From Mustelus asterias (lineage: Eukaryota): DNA of 64,000 nucleotides. This document shows, in pieces, positions 63,244 to 64,000 of this stretch (position 1 is its first letter; each line of letters starts with the position of its first letter). The notes beneath the pieces are model-generated. The model was not told the DNA's origin, made no database searches, and was given only the letters and a program-made list of their open reading frames with translations. The stretch covers positions 81,654,001-81,718,000 of the forward strand of contig NC_135805.1 in the NCBI RefSeq assembly GCF_964213995.1. Direction: 5' to 3'. Made by a program: the position numbers and the translations under genes.

Positions 63244-64000
63244 ATAGATATACATGGAGGACAGGAGGAATTTTATTCCTGATGATCCCACATGGAGTTG
63301 ATGTGATAGTCTGTTTCAATGTGACTTATGCAGCATGACTCAGGGCAGGATCTCTGTGCAGCCAAACAGTGTGTGCTCCTGGGAAGGCTGGCAGATTGGT
63401 CCGCTGGCCTCGATAATGGTGGTACTGGTGAACCGTGGGCATAACCTGTGTCACCAGAAGCAGCTCACTGGTTTCCATGGGGACTGGGGGTGGATGTGGG
63501 TAAAGGGGCCAGCAAGCTTGACCGGCTCTGATGAAGACCAAGGGCTTCAGAAGAATCTCCCCAGTTAAACATTGGGAAGACCAAAGCGATCATCTTTGCC
63601 CTCTGGCCCCATGGGATCAGCTCCATTCCTCTCGCTTGCCACGTGTCTCACGCAGAATCCGGAGGGTGGCGGGGGTGGGGGGGGGGGCGGGGGGGGTGAT
63701 TCTCCCATCCTGCTGCACTGATTTTTTAGTGCAGCAGGCCAGGAGACTTGAGCGGTGGCCATTTCGCGGGCTACCCGCTGGGCGCCATGGCCTCCACGCA
63801 TCTCCCAGTGTCGGACTTCCGACGCCGTCAGATCCATGCCAGAAATGGGTGCGGAGCTGCCTAATGTATTCAGCAGCTCATTTTAATATTTCTTTGACCA
63901 CCCATTTAATATCACATTAAGCTAAGTGTCCATTTTTTGATTACACCTCTCTGAAGTGCTTTATGACCTTTTTCATGTTAAATACAGATTCATTGTTGCT

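Overview
Eukaryotic, repeat-rich DNA, most likely from a shark or other elasmobranch (inferred from HE1/V-type SINEs and CR1 subfamilies with (TTCTATG)n tails). The only host gene seen is a + strand regulator of calcineurin, best matching RCAN2. Two internal coding exons are present (24131-24304, 36275-36446); I could not find the first or last exons. The rest is presumably intron and is packed with transposable elements: CR1 LINEs (one full-length with both ORFs intact and a 240-bp tandem-monomer 5' end), a complete Ty3/Gypsy element with LTRs and a 5-bp TSD, a decayed second Gypsy, RTE, L2, Rex1 and Vingi-like fragments, SINEs, MITEs, and four fold-back Penelope-type insertions with hammerhead ribozyme remnants. 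Best leads: (1) the Gypsy has no tRNA primer-binding site, and that position is instead complementary (15/16 nt) to its own LTR poly(A)-signal region, suggesting self-priming and/or poly(A) occlusion; (2) the hammerhead-associated fold-back inserts with 12-13 bp TSDs; (3) the monomeric CR1 5' end, whose start motif is shared with a divergent CR1 subfamily. All family assignments come from recognising motifs by eye, not from database searches. Boundaries of old repeats are approximate.
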